A model generated the notes under the pieces. It did no database searches, was not told where the DNA came from, and saw nothing but the letters and a program-made list of their open reading frames with translations. Shown piece by piece: positions 37,685 through 47,481 of a stretch of DNA of 63,147 bases (the stretch's first letter is position 1; the number at the start of each line of letters is the position of its first letter). The position numbers and the translations under genes are program-made. This DNA is from Spirochaetota bacterium (GTDB lineage: Bacteria > Spirochaetota > UBA4802 > JAFGDQ01): contig JAZDKB010000007.1 of the NCBI GenBank assembly GCA_043803405.1, positions 1 to 63,147 on the forward strand, written 5' to 3'.

Positions 37685-37822
37685 GGCATGTATCGATTTG
37701 TGCAAGGATGGCGGCATCATGTCATAGTGAAAAATATATTTATGAAATGCAGGATGTAATCTTATTGAGCACTTTTTCAAATGTTTGGGGAACAGGTTAT
37801 CATAAATATATAATAATTTTTT

Positions 37823-37849
37823 TGTGACGATTATGGATTCCGGATCGCT
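37823..37849 (+). promoter_or_regulatory. ECF-like promoter TGTGAC-N16-TCGCT
   Basis: TGTGAC 37823-37828, TCGCT 37845-37849. Confidence 0.7.
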
Positions 37850-37958
37850 ATTATGGTAGAGATGCAAATGGCAATAAATTGCTTTGCGGCTCATCAGGCG
37901 ATAATCCATGCGGAAATTCAGCCTTTTTCAAAATTCAATTATTTATGGAGGTTGCTTT

Positions 37959-39077
37959 ATGAAAACCGTTACAATTTTCTCTATCGCTGTAATGTATCTT
38001 GCAACAACCGCGATAATCAGCTGTTCAAGCGACAGTAGATCGGATTCGCATACACCGCTTGTTGGCAGCTTCGGTGACAGTCTAAGAACCAGCCTGCCAG
38101 AGGTTGAAGCTGCTAAAAAAAAGCTCAGCCCCACAGAGGCGCATTACCAGAGCTACGACACAGAAAAAGAATACGGCGGGATGTTCCAGCGCGTGCTGGG
38201 AGATGACCCTTTGTCGATATTCTTTATGGTGGATATTATGGACCAGGTATGCGGGGAAATTCTATACGCGGAAAACCCCGACATGACAATAGGCGAAGGA
38301 CAGACATTAACTCTTCCCTTCTTTGGTGACAGTATTGCGTTTACAAATACATTTAAATATAATGGAACGCATACCACATCTATTGAAATCAGCTATAATG
38401 ATCAAAGCGAAACAAAAACAGTTACAATTGATGACTTCCGGGGCGGATATACCGATCTTTCCATAACTATTTTCTGTCATTTAAATATTCCGGAAATTTC
38501 CGGAGAAACCATGACCCTCATTTATTATGCAGAAAAAGAAACCGGGAATAACATTCTTACCGTAAAATACGCAGATTTCGCCACTGAATTCCATGAAGAC
38601 GGGGAATTTTATTCAACAAACATGCATAATGTATCTTTTATGAAAAATACGTCAACCGATCCGTACACTTATAAGTCGGCAGTGAAGGACATAAGAACGG
38701 ACAATGGCGATACCGGCGTGTTCTCAATAATCATGGGTGGCGTGATCGATGAGTTCCTGATCAGAAGAAGAGCGCATTATAATGATGGAGCCGATATGTT
38801 CATAGACCAGCTTTTCGCGACAACGTATGACGCGTCAACGAACCATATCGCTGAAGATCCGCTGGAAGAGCAATCATCAACGAATCTTTTTGATATAGAC
38901 GGCGCAGGATTCACCGGCGGGGGGCTCGGCGATACAATTACACTTGTCGATCCGGACGCGACGCATCTTCAGGTTTACGCGGACCGCATTGCAGCGCACA
39001 ACATGATCGATTTCTCGGAAACGACCGATTTGCCGCAGAGCGAAGCTGAAGTTACACCGGAAGATTGGAATTTTTAA
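37959..39077 (+). CDS. Hypothetical acidic lipoprotein
   Basis: SD GGAGG before MKTVT; lipobox IISC. Confidence 0.75.
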   Translation: MKTVTIFSIAVMYLATTAIISCSSDSRSDSHTPLVGSFGDSLRTSLPEVEAAKKKLSPTEAHYQSYDTEKEYGGMFQRVLGDDPLSIFFMVDIMDQVCGEILYAENPDMTIGEGQTLTLPFFGDSIAFTNTFKYNGTHTTSIEISYNDQSETKTVTIDDFRGGYTDLSITIFCHLNIPEISGETMTLIYYAEKETGNNILTVKYADFATEFHEDGEFYSTNMHNVSFMKNTSTDPYTYKSAVKDIRTDNGDTGVFSIIMGGVIDEFLIRRRAHYNDGADMFIDQLFATTYDASTNHIAEDPLEEQSSTNLFDIDGAGFTGGGLGDTITLVDPDATHLQVYADRIAAHNMIDFSETTDLPQSEAEVTPEDWNF

Positions 39078-39111
39078 TACAGGCAAAAATATATTTGGAG
39101 GATTTAAGATC

Positions 39112-40590
39112 ATGAAAAGAAGTAAACTATTCAATATATTTTCAGCCAAAATTTTTGCGTTAATATTATTAATAACTATTAGCATGCCTGGCTGCGACTG
39201 GTTTTCATCGGGTTCGGATTCTGATGATGAAAACGGCGGGCAGCCGGACGAAGTAACAAAGACTGCGTGGTCAAAGACCTACGGTCACGGAGATACTTAT
39301 ACAGAGTACCATGCGTATGGATTCGATGCGACCGGCGACGGAGGATATGTATTCGCTTCCCAGAACGTGTATAACGGAGCAGGCGGATATGATTTCTGGA
39401 TCGTAAGGCTTAATTCGGAAGGCAGCCTGGTCTGGGAAAAGGGTTTCGGCGGGGAAAATGGAGAGGAGCCTTTTGTCGTACGGCAGACCAGCGACGGCGG
39501 ATTTATCGCAGCAGGAGAATCATGGTCATTTCGTACAGGCACCAGCTACTGCGACGCGTGGGTGATCAAGCTGAGCGTTTCAGGCGGCGTGGAATGGCAA
39601 CGTTCGTATGGCGGAACAGGTGTTGATGCTTTCAGTGATGTTAAAGAGACTTTTGACAGTAACGGTGATTCCACCGGTTTTTTACTTTGCGGGAATACAA
39701 ATTCCTTCGGAAGCGGCGGATATGATGCCTGGATTGTAAAGATAAATACCTCAGGTTTGATAACTCATGAAGAGGTAATCGGCGGATCGCAGAACGAATT
39801 CGGACGATCCGTAGCTCTTACTTCTGACGGCGGATGTATTTTGCTGGCAGATACGCAGTCGTTCGGTGCGGGTAACCGTGATGTATGGCTCGTCAAACTG
39901 GATAGCAGCTACAGTGTGGAATGGGAAAAGGCATACGGTGGAACAGACGTTGATTTTCCGCGCACTGTCGTATGCTCAGGCGACGGCGGATATGTAGTAG
40001 GCTCTTACACGGAGTCCTTTGGTGCAGGTGAGAATGATTACTGGATTTTAAAAGTTGATAGTGACGGCGACATTGTCTGGCAATATACTTACGGAGGAAC
40101 AGACGGCGACATCGCGTACGATCTGCAAAAGACAAATGACGGCGGATATATTATGACAGGCTGGACATATTCATTCGGTGCAGGCTTCAATGACGCGTGG
40201 CTGGTAAAGCTCAATGGTTCCGGCGTTATTCAATGGCAAAAGCGTTATAACATCACCTATACAGACGGCACGGACACATGGAGCGGTTCTGACTGGGCAT
40301 ATAGAGTGATCCAGACAGCAGATGGAGGGTATGCCATAGCCGGAGACAGCGACGATGTTGTAGCTGTACGCAATGGAGATGCATGGATATTCAGGGTTGA
40401 CTCTACAGGCACTCTCGGATGCGATATGGCAGCCGATACCGATGCGGTCGGCAACGGTACTGCAACCGTGACCGTTACAGACACTTCAGGTGACTCTGTA
40501 ATGAGCAGCACAAGCGCGAATGTGGATTCTACATCAGCTTCGGGATACAGTGCATCCCCTGAAGTGATAACCCAGTGTGATGTTCAATAG
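39112..40590 (+). CDS. Beta-propeller repeat lipoprotein
   Basis: Lipobox MPGC; repeats 'W.K.YGG...QT.DGGY...G...SFGAG..D.W..K'. Confidence 0.85.
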   Translation: MKRSKLFNIFSAKIFALILLITISMPGCDWFSSGSDSDDENGGQPDEVTKTAWSKTYGHGDTYTEYHAYGFDATGDGGYVFASQNVYNGAGGYDFWIVRLNSEGSLVWEKGFGGENGEEPFVVRQTSDGGFIAAGESWSFRTGTSYCDAWVIKLSVSGGVEWQRSYGGTGVDAFSDVKETFDSNGDSTGFLLCGNTNSFGSGGYDAWIVKINTSGLITHEEVIGGSQNEFGRSVALTSDGGCILLADTQSFGAGNRDVWLVKLDSSYSVEWEKAYGGTDVDFPRTVVCSGDGGYVVGSYTESFGAGENDYWILKVDSDGDIVWQYTYGGTDGDIAYDLQKTNDGGYIMTGWTYSFGAGFNDAWLVKLNGSGVIQWQKRYNITYTDGTDTWSGSDWAYRVIQTADGGYAIAGDSDDVVAVRNGDAWIFRVDSTGTLGCDMAADTDAVGNGTATVTVTDTSGDSVMSSTSANVDSTSASGYSASPEVITQCDVQ

Positions 40591-40648
40591 ATATAATATG
40601 TAAAACAAAATTAAAAGCCGTAAAAAAAATTTAATGAGGAATTCAATT

Positions 40649-41080
40649 ATGAAAAAACAATATATTATGATTTTCGCAGTGATGCTGGCAACAGGTTTGT
40701 TTCTTTCAGTGATGCCGGCAGTATCTTCAGCTGCCGGTTTTAAGGTTTATCCAGGAGCAAAGCTCGATGAGCGGGCAATGCGTGATTCAGATGAAATGGC
40801 CAAACAGATGAAGATGTCCGTTAAATCGAAGATCTATACAACCAACGATAGTTTTGAAAAGGTAGCCGCATTTTACAAGGGGATTGCGAGGGAATACATC
40901 ATGCCCGGGAACACTCAGAAAGGCATTAAAGCAAGGTTTTTCATTTTTGACAACGGGAAAGACCTTTCAGATTCAAAACTCTGGGCCAAGGTTCAGCGTC
41001 CGGCGCTTAGTCTGTATAAAGAGGACATTAAGACAATGAAAACGCGGGATATCACGGTGATCATACTTGTGGAAAAGTAG
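40649..41080 (+). CDS. Hypothetical secreted protein
   Basis: Signal peptide; 'VYPGAK', 'YTTNDSFEKVAAFYK'. Confidence 0.75.
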   Translation: MKKQYIMIFAVMLATGLFLSVMPAVSSAAGFKVYPGAKLDERAMRDSDEMAKQMKMSVKSKIYTTNDSFEKVAAFYKGIAREYIMPGNTQKGIKARFFIFDNGKDLSDSKLWAKVQRPALSLYKEDIKTMKTRDITVIILVEK

Positions 41081-41101
41081 GGTAGTTATGTACATATTTT
41101 T

Positions 41102-41128
41102 TGTGACGATTCGGATGATTTTGTCGCT
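41102..41128 (+). promoter_or_regulatory. ECF-like promoter TGTGAC-N16-TCGCT
   Basis: TGTGAC 41102-41107, TCGCT 41124-41128. Confidence 0.7.
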
Positions 41129-41185
41129 TAATAAATGAGAATAAAAAGATATTTAACTTTATTATCCGATTATCCGGAGGGGAAT

Positions 41186-41788
41186 ATGAAAAATTATTTT
41201 AAATACTTTGGCACTATAGCAATTATCACGATTATCTTTTTGCTTCCCGGATGCTGGTTCAGCAACGATGGCGGAAGTGATAGTGATGTCTTCGGTGTTG
41301 TGCCTGTCGTTCAACCCGTTAAAATATCCATAGACTGGGAAACTGACTCTGAAGGCGGCAACTATTGGGAGGGAAAAGCAAATATTGATCTTCTGCTTAA
41401 ATGCGGCGAAACAGGAGATATTAATCCGCAGATGTATACTCTGGTAGGTAGCACCGGTGGGGGCGTGCAATATGAGTGCAATGCTTATGTCGAGCCTCCC
41501 GATCAGGTTGGAAATATAAATGCACCTTCTTTCACTGTATCAGTTACATCCGGCTCTTTCATATACGGGACATATAGCTTCACTATTGCTTCCTATGATG
41601 CTGTGTTCAGCTTTGATTTATTTGATGAAAACGGTAAATATTACAGTACGGAGACTCCGGATGAACTTATATTTGTCCTTAACGACATTATTTTTGAATT
41701 GAGTAAGGAGGACGGCTACACCCAAATAATAATAGGTGAAACAATAGCCGGTACCACTTACAGCGCGACAGCAGAGTTTACTAAATAA
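41186..41788 (+). CDS. Hypothetical lipoprotein
   Basis: SD GGAGG before MKNYF; lipobox LPGC. Confidence 0.75.
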   Translation: MKNYFKYFGTIAIITIIFLLPGCWFSNDGGSDSDVFGVVPVVQPVKISIDWETDSEGGNYWEGKANIDLLLKCGETGDINPQMYTLVGSTGGGVQYECNAYVEPPDQVGNINAPSFTVSVTSGSFIYGTYSFTIASYDAVFSFDLFDENGKYYSTETPDELIFVLNDIIFELSKEDGYTQIIIGETIAGTTYSATAEFTK

Positions 41789-41854
41789 TGGGATAAAGAT
41801 GACAGGCAAGTTGTCTTATCCAAAAAAAAGAATATTATTCATGGAGATTTTAAA

Positions 41855-43672
41855 ATGAAAATAAGAAAGAATTATTTATTGTTATGTGTTTTATTTTTTA
41901 TCAGCATTATAACAGCCTGTTCCGATTCATCCGGGTCATCAGACTCGCCGGGAAACAGCGATACGACAGCGCCGGAATGGAATGCCGGCTATCCGAAAGC
42001 TATAGATATCGACGACAGGATTTACGTGAAAGCGAGCCTTAATGAGAACGGCAATGTTTACTGCGTACTAAGACGCGACGGCGATCCGGCCCCGAGCGTG
42101 CAGGATATAGCTAATGGGCTTGGTGAATTCGCAGTTAATGCAGAAGTAAGTGCGGATGCTGTTAATACGCTTATTTTTAAAGATTTGAGCTATTCAAACG
42201 CCTTTGATCTTTACTGTGTGGGCGTAGATGATTCAAACAATATGCAGGTGTCTGCGGTTAAGATAGATATTCTAACAAGTACCAGAAATACAGTATTCGT
42301 ATCCCAGATAGAAGGGAACGATATCAATATGGGATCAATTTCCTATCCGAAAAAGACGATTGCTTCCGCGCTGGCCTACGCTAAAGCCAATTGGCCTTTC
42401 ACGATGTCAAGAAAGATCTGCGTTTCGCAGGGTACATATGATGAAAGCGTTGAATTAACAGAAGGCATATCGCTTTTAGGCGGATACAGTTCGGCTGACT
42501 GGAGTGAGAGGAACAGCGCCCTGTATACATCAACAATTACCGGAGCAAGCGGGCAAAACTATGTACTTTCAATCACCGGAACCAATCAAAGTTCAGAAGA
42601 CTGGATTGTTGAAAGACTTTTAATTAACACTGATAAAAGCTCTGTTTTACAGGGAATAAAATGCAATGCAGAGTCGCTTGTACTGATCAGGAATAACGAG
42701 ATACACGGAGGATTTGCTGCAAATGAAGCAACCGCTGTGTATCTGTACGGCAATGCAAATACTGAAATTTTAACAAATAGCATTGTCGGCGGAATTTCGG
42801 AGACAGGAGATACATGCGGCATCATGGTGGAAACATCCGGCGATCAGCTTATAAAGGATAATTCAATTTTCGGTGGTGATGGTTACACAAATATGTCATG
42901 TGGAATAAAAATAACGCAGCCGGTTGATTACGATACAATAATCATAAATAATAATATTAATGCCGGAGTTGCTCATAATACTTGCGGTATTTATATAACT
43001 CATGATTCTGATAACGAAACCTCTATGCCGGTTATTTACGGGAATAGAATAACAGGAGGATCAGGCAATGATCAATATGTATTATATTTATTCGGTACTG
43101 CAGATACAAGGGCAGTATCGCCGGTTATATGTAATAATATAATCGAGAACGGTACAAGTCTTGCTCCAAGTGATGTATTTTCATTAGGTATCATTGCAAT
43201 AGACGGATATGCCTATTTGTATAACAATATAATTATTGGAAACAGTGATTCAGCGGGTGTTATAATTGCCGGAGATACGGGTCGCGAATCAAGACTTTCA
43301 GCTATAAATAATATCATCATTGGAATGGAATTAGCAATAGTTGAAACTGATTCTTTTTCTTTCTGCGATGTGTTAAAAAACAATGATCTTTATAATTGTA
43401 CGTATTTCTTGGAACCGTTTGGGGAACCTGGTATCAATTCTGTCAATGATCTAAACGCATTTCATACAGATTTTGGAAATAACATCTCAGTTGATGCCTT
43501 GCTCGACAGTCAGTGGAATTTCACCGCATCATCTCCGGCGTCTGTAACAGAAGGCGGACTTGATCTGTCGGCTTATCCTTATTTTCAGGAGAACGCGTCG
43601 GGACAGAAGATTGACATTACAGGCAAAGTCAGAACAGCTCCCTGGTCGATTGGTGCATACGAGAAGGAGTAA
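41855..43672 (+). CDS. Lipoprotein with an Fn3/Ig-like domain, DUF1565-like cap and right-handed beta-helix
   Basis: Lipobox ITAC; 'VFVS...GND.N.GS...PKKTI..A', 'SLLGGYS..DW..R', 'NN.I.GG' repeats; C-terminal 'DITGKVR..WSIGAYE'. Confidence 0.85.
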   Translation: MKIRKNYLLLCVLFFISIITACSDSSGSSDSPGNSDTTAPEWNAGYPKAIDIDDRIYVKASLNENGNVYCVLRRDGDPAPSVQDIANGLGEFAVNAEVSADAVNTLIFKDLSYSNAFDLYCVGVDDSNNMQVSAVKIDILTSTRNTVFVSQIEGNDINMGSISYPKKTIASALAYAKANWPFTMSRKICVSQGTYDESVELTEGISLLGGYSSADWSERNSALYTSTITGASGQNYVLSITGTNQSSEDWIVERLLINTDKSSVLQGIKCNAESLVLIRNNEIHGGFAANEATAVYLYGNANTEILTNSIVGGISETGDTCGIMVETSGDQLIKDNSIFGGDGYTNMSCGIKITQPVDYDTIIINNNINAGVAHNTCGIYITHDSDNETSMPVIYGNRITGGSGNDQYVLYLFGTADTRAVSPVICNNIIENGTSLAPSDVFSLGIIAIDGYAYLYNNIIIGNSDSAGVIIAGDTGRESRLSAINNIIIGMELAIVETDSFSFCDVLKNNDLYNCTYFLEPFGEPGINSVNDLNAFHTDFGNNISVDALLDSQWNFTASSPASVTEGGLDLSAYPYFQENASGQKIDITGKVRTAPWSIGAYEKE

Positions 43673-43725
43673 AGTATAATAGTAAATGGATCAGGTTAAA
43701 TAAAAAAACAAGGAGACTCTAAAGC

Positions 43726-43869
43726 ATGAAGAGACTGTTTATTCTGGTTATACTGGCATTTGCCCTGCTGACTGCATGTGGAGGCGACAGCGATCCGGCT
43801 TCCGGCGGGCCGGGAGATACAGGCGTATGGGACAGCTCAACGTGGGACAATAGCAGATGGGGTTCGTAA
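43726..43869 (+). CDS. 47-aa mini-lipoprotein with a C-terminal WDxxxWDxxxW motif (not in the ORF track)
   Basis: SD AAGGAG; MKRLFILVILAFALLTAC-GGDSDPASGGPGDTGV-WDSSTWDNSRWGS*. Confidence 0.85.
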   Translation: MKRLFILVILAFALLTACGGDSDPASGGPGDTGVWDSSTWDNSRWGS

Positions 43870-43939
43870 AGTTTCGTAATAAAACATACGGGATGTTTTA
43901 ATATAGCGGTTAAGAAAATAATTAACGCATTCCGCACTC

Positions 43940-43988
43940 TTCGACTCCGCTCAGGGTGCGGCATTTTCGATGGTTGAGCGGAGCCGAA
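43940..43988. repeat. REP-like inverted repeat pair
   Basis: TTCGACTCCGCTCA ... TTGAGCGGAGCCGAA. Confidence 0.65.
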
Positions 43989-44063
43989 ACCAGCGAAAGT
44001 GTGTTAATACAATCGTAAATTGCTATATGACCAATAATAATAATTTTTCAAATGGAGGATATT

Positions 44064-44657
44064 ATGAAATCTATAAATAAAGCAAGATTTACTTTAAGAC
44101 AGGTTGTAATAATGCTAACGATTATATTTTTAGGCATTGCAGTTATTTCTTACGGCGCGGTTACCATCCCGAACACGTTCAACGCCGGCCAAACCATCAG
44201 CTCCGGCGAAGTAAATGCCAATTTCACTGCTGTGGCAAACCAGATGCCTGCTGTGAAAACAGTTATTACCAACGATGTAACGCTCGGCAGTAATTATAAT
44301 GATATTTTGAGCATTACAATTTCAGCTCCCGGCGACGGGAATGTTTTTATAAGCGCCAACGGATATGTGCAAACAACAAATGTAACCACTACTATTCAGG
44401 ACAGCTGCATAGTTGGGGTTACAAATCAGTCCGATGGAACTCCTTTTGACGGGAACCTGGTTGATATGCACATAGGTAATAACTTTGATACGACGCATCC
44501 GATTTCATATTCAATTCCTTATCATGTGGAAACGATTTATACTGTTTCTAAAGGATCGCATACATTTTATTTGACCGGTCATAAAACCGGAGACGCTGTA
44601 ATGAGAGCACGGGGTAACCGGCTTACAGCCATGTTTATTCCAAACGCGTTACCGTAA
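44064..44657 (+). CDS. Secreted protein with a phage-fibre-like N-terminal motif and a probable C1q/BclA-like jelly-roll head
   Basis: SD GGAGG; signal peptide; 'VTIPNTFNAGQTISSGEVNANF', then a beta-rich domain ending 'GSHTFYL...LTAMFIP'. Confidence 0.7.
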   Translation: MKSINKARFTLRQVVIMLTIIFLGIAVISYGAVTIPNTFNAGQTISSGEVNANFTAVANQMPAVKTVITNDVTLGSNYNDILSITISAPGDGNVFISANGYVQTTNVTTTIQDSCIVGVTNQSDGTPFDGNLVDMHIGNNFDTTHPISYSIPYHVETIYTVSKGSHTFYLTGHKTGDAVMRARGNRLTAMFIPNALP

Positions 44658-44735
44658 AAAATTAATTGCAATCTATTAAATAACAATAAACTGAATACTA
44701 TGTTTTACGCTTATCTTATAAAAAGGAGTATTGCT

Positions 44736-45581
44736 ATGTGTAGATCATTAACAATCGTTTTTATGGCAGTTTTTACTTTAATATTCACACCTGCTTTTCT
44801 TTATGCAGCTTCCGATCCGGATGACGATAAAGGCAGCAAAGAACACCCTATGTTCTCGCGCTTGCCGGGTTTTTACATCGACAGCTATACAACAAAGCAG
44901 TTCGAACAATATGAATTTAAGGATAAGAAAGGGAATCCTGTCTCTGTTGAAGGCAATTTTTATGAAATTAGTCTGTGTGTTAAAAGAGGAGTAAAACCAC
45001 CGAGTGAACTTCAGATTATCCGTAACCATACAAATGCGATAAAAAAAATAGGCGGTGAAGTGGTATTTGAAAATAATAAGGAAGCTCATTGCATGTTAAA
45101 AAAAAGCGGGATGGAAACATGGGTAAAGATATATCCGTGGAATCAGGGAGAGTGCTACACTTTGTATATCATTGAGAAACAGGTAATGGTTCAGGATGTT
45201 ATGGCTGACGCCGCGCAGATGGCGCGGGATATAAAAGACACGGGCAAGGTCGCGCTATATGGAATTTATTTTGATACCAACAAGGCTGAAGTAAAAAAAG
45301 AATCGGAGCCGGCATTAAAAGAGATCGCGAAATTGTTAAAAGAAAATCCGACAATGAAAATATATGTCGTAGGCCATACGGACAGCGACGGCAATTTCGA
45401 TCATAATGATAAACTAAGCGAAGCAAGGGCTAAGTCGGTTGTAAAGGAGCTAACTGCAAAATATGGAATTGCGGCAAACCGCATGGCAGGATACGGTGTA
45501 GGCCCGCTATGCCCTGTTCAGAGCAATAAGTCAAAAGACGGCAAAGCAAAGAACAGGCGGGTCGAGCTTGTGGAGCAGTAA
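44736..45581 (+). CDS. OmpA-family peptidoglycan-binding protein (DUF4892-like N-terminus)
   Basis: 'GSKEHPMFSRLPG', 'GIYFDT', 'VVGHTD', 'LSEARA', 'KNRRVELV'. Confidence 0.92.
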   Translation: MCRSLTIVFMAVFTLIFTPAFLYAASDPDDDKGSKEHPMFSRLPGFYIDSYTTKQFEQYEFKDKKGNPVSVEGNFYEISLCVKRGVKPPSELQIIRNHTNAIKKIGGEVVFENNKEAHCMLKKSGMETWVKIYPWNQGECYTLYIIEKQVMVQDVMADAAQMARDIKDTGKVALYGIYFDTNKAEVKKESEPALKEIAKLLKENPTMKIYVVGHTDSDGNFDHNDKLSEARAKSVVKELTAKYGIAANRMAGYGVGPLCPVQSNKSKDGKAKNRRVELVEQ

Positions 45582-45700
45582 ATATAATTAAAAAGTTTTT
45601 GCATTTATCAGGAACTTGAGTTAATTATATATCGATATGTAAGAGAGTTCAGCACATTATACCGGGCTTTCATATAAAAGCAAATATTTGGAGCATTATT

Positions 45701-46816
45701 ATGAAACAGAAAGAAAAAATAATATTTATTATTTTCTTTTTTCTGACATCGCTTTTTACGGCAACGGCTTCTCACGCGAAAAAATCAATTCTGGATTATT
45801 ATAATTCAATTCCCCTGAACCAGTTGAATAATTTCAGGTACAAACTTCAGCAAAAAAACAATAAATGGATAACGCGGTCCAATGTTGGTTATGATTTTGA
45901 AGTAATTGTTGATATTAAGAATGGGTATTTAAATATCATGGATTCCGGAACCGGAGGAGGCACAGGGACACAGGAAGTCGCTTTGTACAGTACAAACGCG
46001 GGAAGTGATATTGTAGGCGTAAATTTGATCACCTTTGACGGCATCGACTCTGCCTGCACATTGAAATTTTTTAAACCGGATGATAAATGGAAGGATGTTA
46101 CGGACGATATACTTCCTAAAATCGATTTATTTTTATTTATGGATGGCAGCTATAAAGTAAATCATCAACGTAAAATGGACAGTTTTTTGGAATTCACTAA
46201 AGGAATAACACTGCTTTATCAGTTGCCCAGAGTCGGAACCACAATGAGCGTGAAAGTTGACCTTGACAGATTTATTATGGAGAACAGGCAGAAAGGGACT
46301 GGACATAATTTAAAATCAAATGCGTATGAAATAATCAAGTCAATCAAATACCGCGAAATAAAACTGACGTGGGACAGCAAAAGTAATAAATTCAATACAG
46401 GCGGCACAGCGTTATTTGTGCCTACGAGCGATCTTGAAAAACAGTATATACATATACCGCATAAAGAAAATATTGATTCAAACCAGCCGGCTAAGAATGA
46501 TCCGGAACGCAAGGCCATACTTGACACATTGCGAAAGAGGTGGCCGGATTCAAGTGTAGTGTTTGTGGTAAAGTATCTAAAGGTAGCCAAAGGATGGGCA
46601 TGGATTCATGTTGCACCGCAGTCGCGTGACGGACAAAGCCATGGTGAAGATGAGTCGTGGCTTTTGCAAAAAGTCAGTGGCCAATGGAAGACGGTGGAAG
46701 CTCGCGGGGCAGGGCTTGAATGTGAGGAAGATCCAGACTGTTCAGACAGTAAGAGATTTTTTAAAAAATGTAAATTAAAATATCCGTCTGTGCCGGAAAG
46801 TATTTTTTCGTATTGA
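45701..46816 (+). CDS. Hypothetical secreted two-domain protein
   Basis: Signal peptide ..ASHA; 'VDIKNGYL', 'YQLPRVGTT'; second domain 'DPERKAILDTLR...FVV..LKV..GWAW'. Confidence 0.75.
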   Translation: MKQKEKIIFIIFFFLTSLFTATASHAKKSILDYYNSIPLNQLNNFRYKLQQKNNKWITRSNVGYDFEVIVDIKNGYLNIMDSGTGGGTGTQEVALYSTNAGSDIVGVNLITFDGIDSACTLKFFKPDDKWKDVTDDILPKIDLFLFMDGSYKVNHQRKMDSFLEFTKGITLLYQLPRVGTTMSVKVDLDRFIMENRQKGTGHNLKSNAYEIIKSIKYREIKLTWDSKSNKFNTGGTALFVPTSDLEKQYIHIPHKENIDSNQPAKNDPERKAILDTLRKRWPDSSVVFVVKYLKVAKGWAWIHVAPQSRDGQSHGEDESWLLQKVSGQWKTVEARGAGLECEEDPDCSDSKRFFKKCKLKYPSVPESIFSY

Positions 46817-46857
46817 GGTCAACGCATTTTGAAATCGCATTCGAACCTCACTGAGGC

Positions 46858-46959
46858 GGCAAACGAACTGCGGTGAGATCGTTACTCTGCCTCACTGTCA
46901 TCGTATCTCTATGACCGTGAGGCAGCAGAGTGATACCGGAGGCCGTAAGTGAGTTAGCC
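46858..46959 (+). other. Long imperfect palindrome resembling an integron attC site
   Basis: GGCAAAC ... GTTAGCC ends enclosing CTGCCTCAC/GTGAGGCAG and GTCAT/ATGAC stems; about 102 bp. Confidence 0.35.
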
Positions 46960-47357
46960 TGAGACAGCAACCGAGATATACCGGTGTAGTGATCGAGTGA
47001 TACCGATAGGAAGGATAGAGTGATCATGAAGTTAGTAACAGGGTGATCATGATGGTTAAGATAGAAAAACTATAAAATTACAGTAAATTCATACGGAAAT
47101 TATGAAAATCTGATATGGGAGAGTATTCCTGTCATAATGAGGCAATATTTGAGTGCAAAGGCGTCATTTTAATGTTATTTGGCATTATTTTTAGAAATAT
47201 TAGAGCAATAAAAAATATTAAATATGATAATAATCCAAATACAGTCAGAAAAGCCGCATAACTTATTGGAAATTTGTATTCATATTTTTATAATGTGAAT
47301 ATAATGTCATAGAAATTTAATTTGATATCTGTGACCCGATAAATGACATAATATTTG

Positions 47358-47386
47358 TTGACAAATAAAAATACACTTTTCAAAAT
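47358..47386 (+). promoter_or_regulatory. Possible sigma70 promoter
   Basis: TTGACA-17 bp-CAAAAT upstream of 47482. Confidence 0.4.
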
Positions 47387-47481
47387 GCATTATCTGACAG
47401 ACTAGTTGTTTTATTATAATAATTAATAATATTACAATAAGTCTATAATAAAAAATAAATTTTTAAGGAGGAGGATGCATT

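Noticed and set aside
43719..43964. 81-aa minus-strand ORF
   Set aside because: Overlaps the better-supported plus-strand mini-lipoprotein and starts inside a REP-like repeat
44064..44657. Prophage
   Set aside because: Only one fibre-like motif, on a signal-peptide protein; no capsid, terminase, portal or integrase genes
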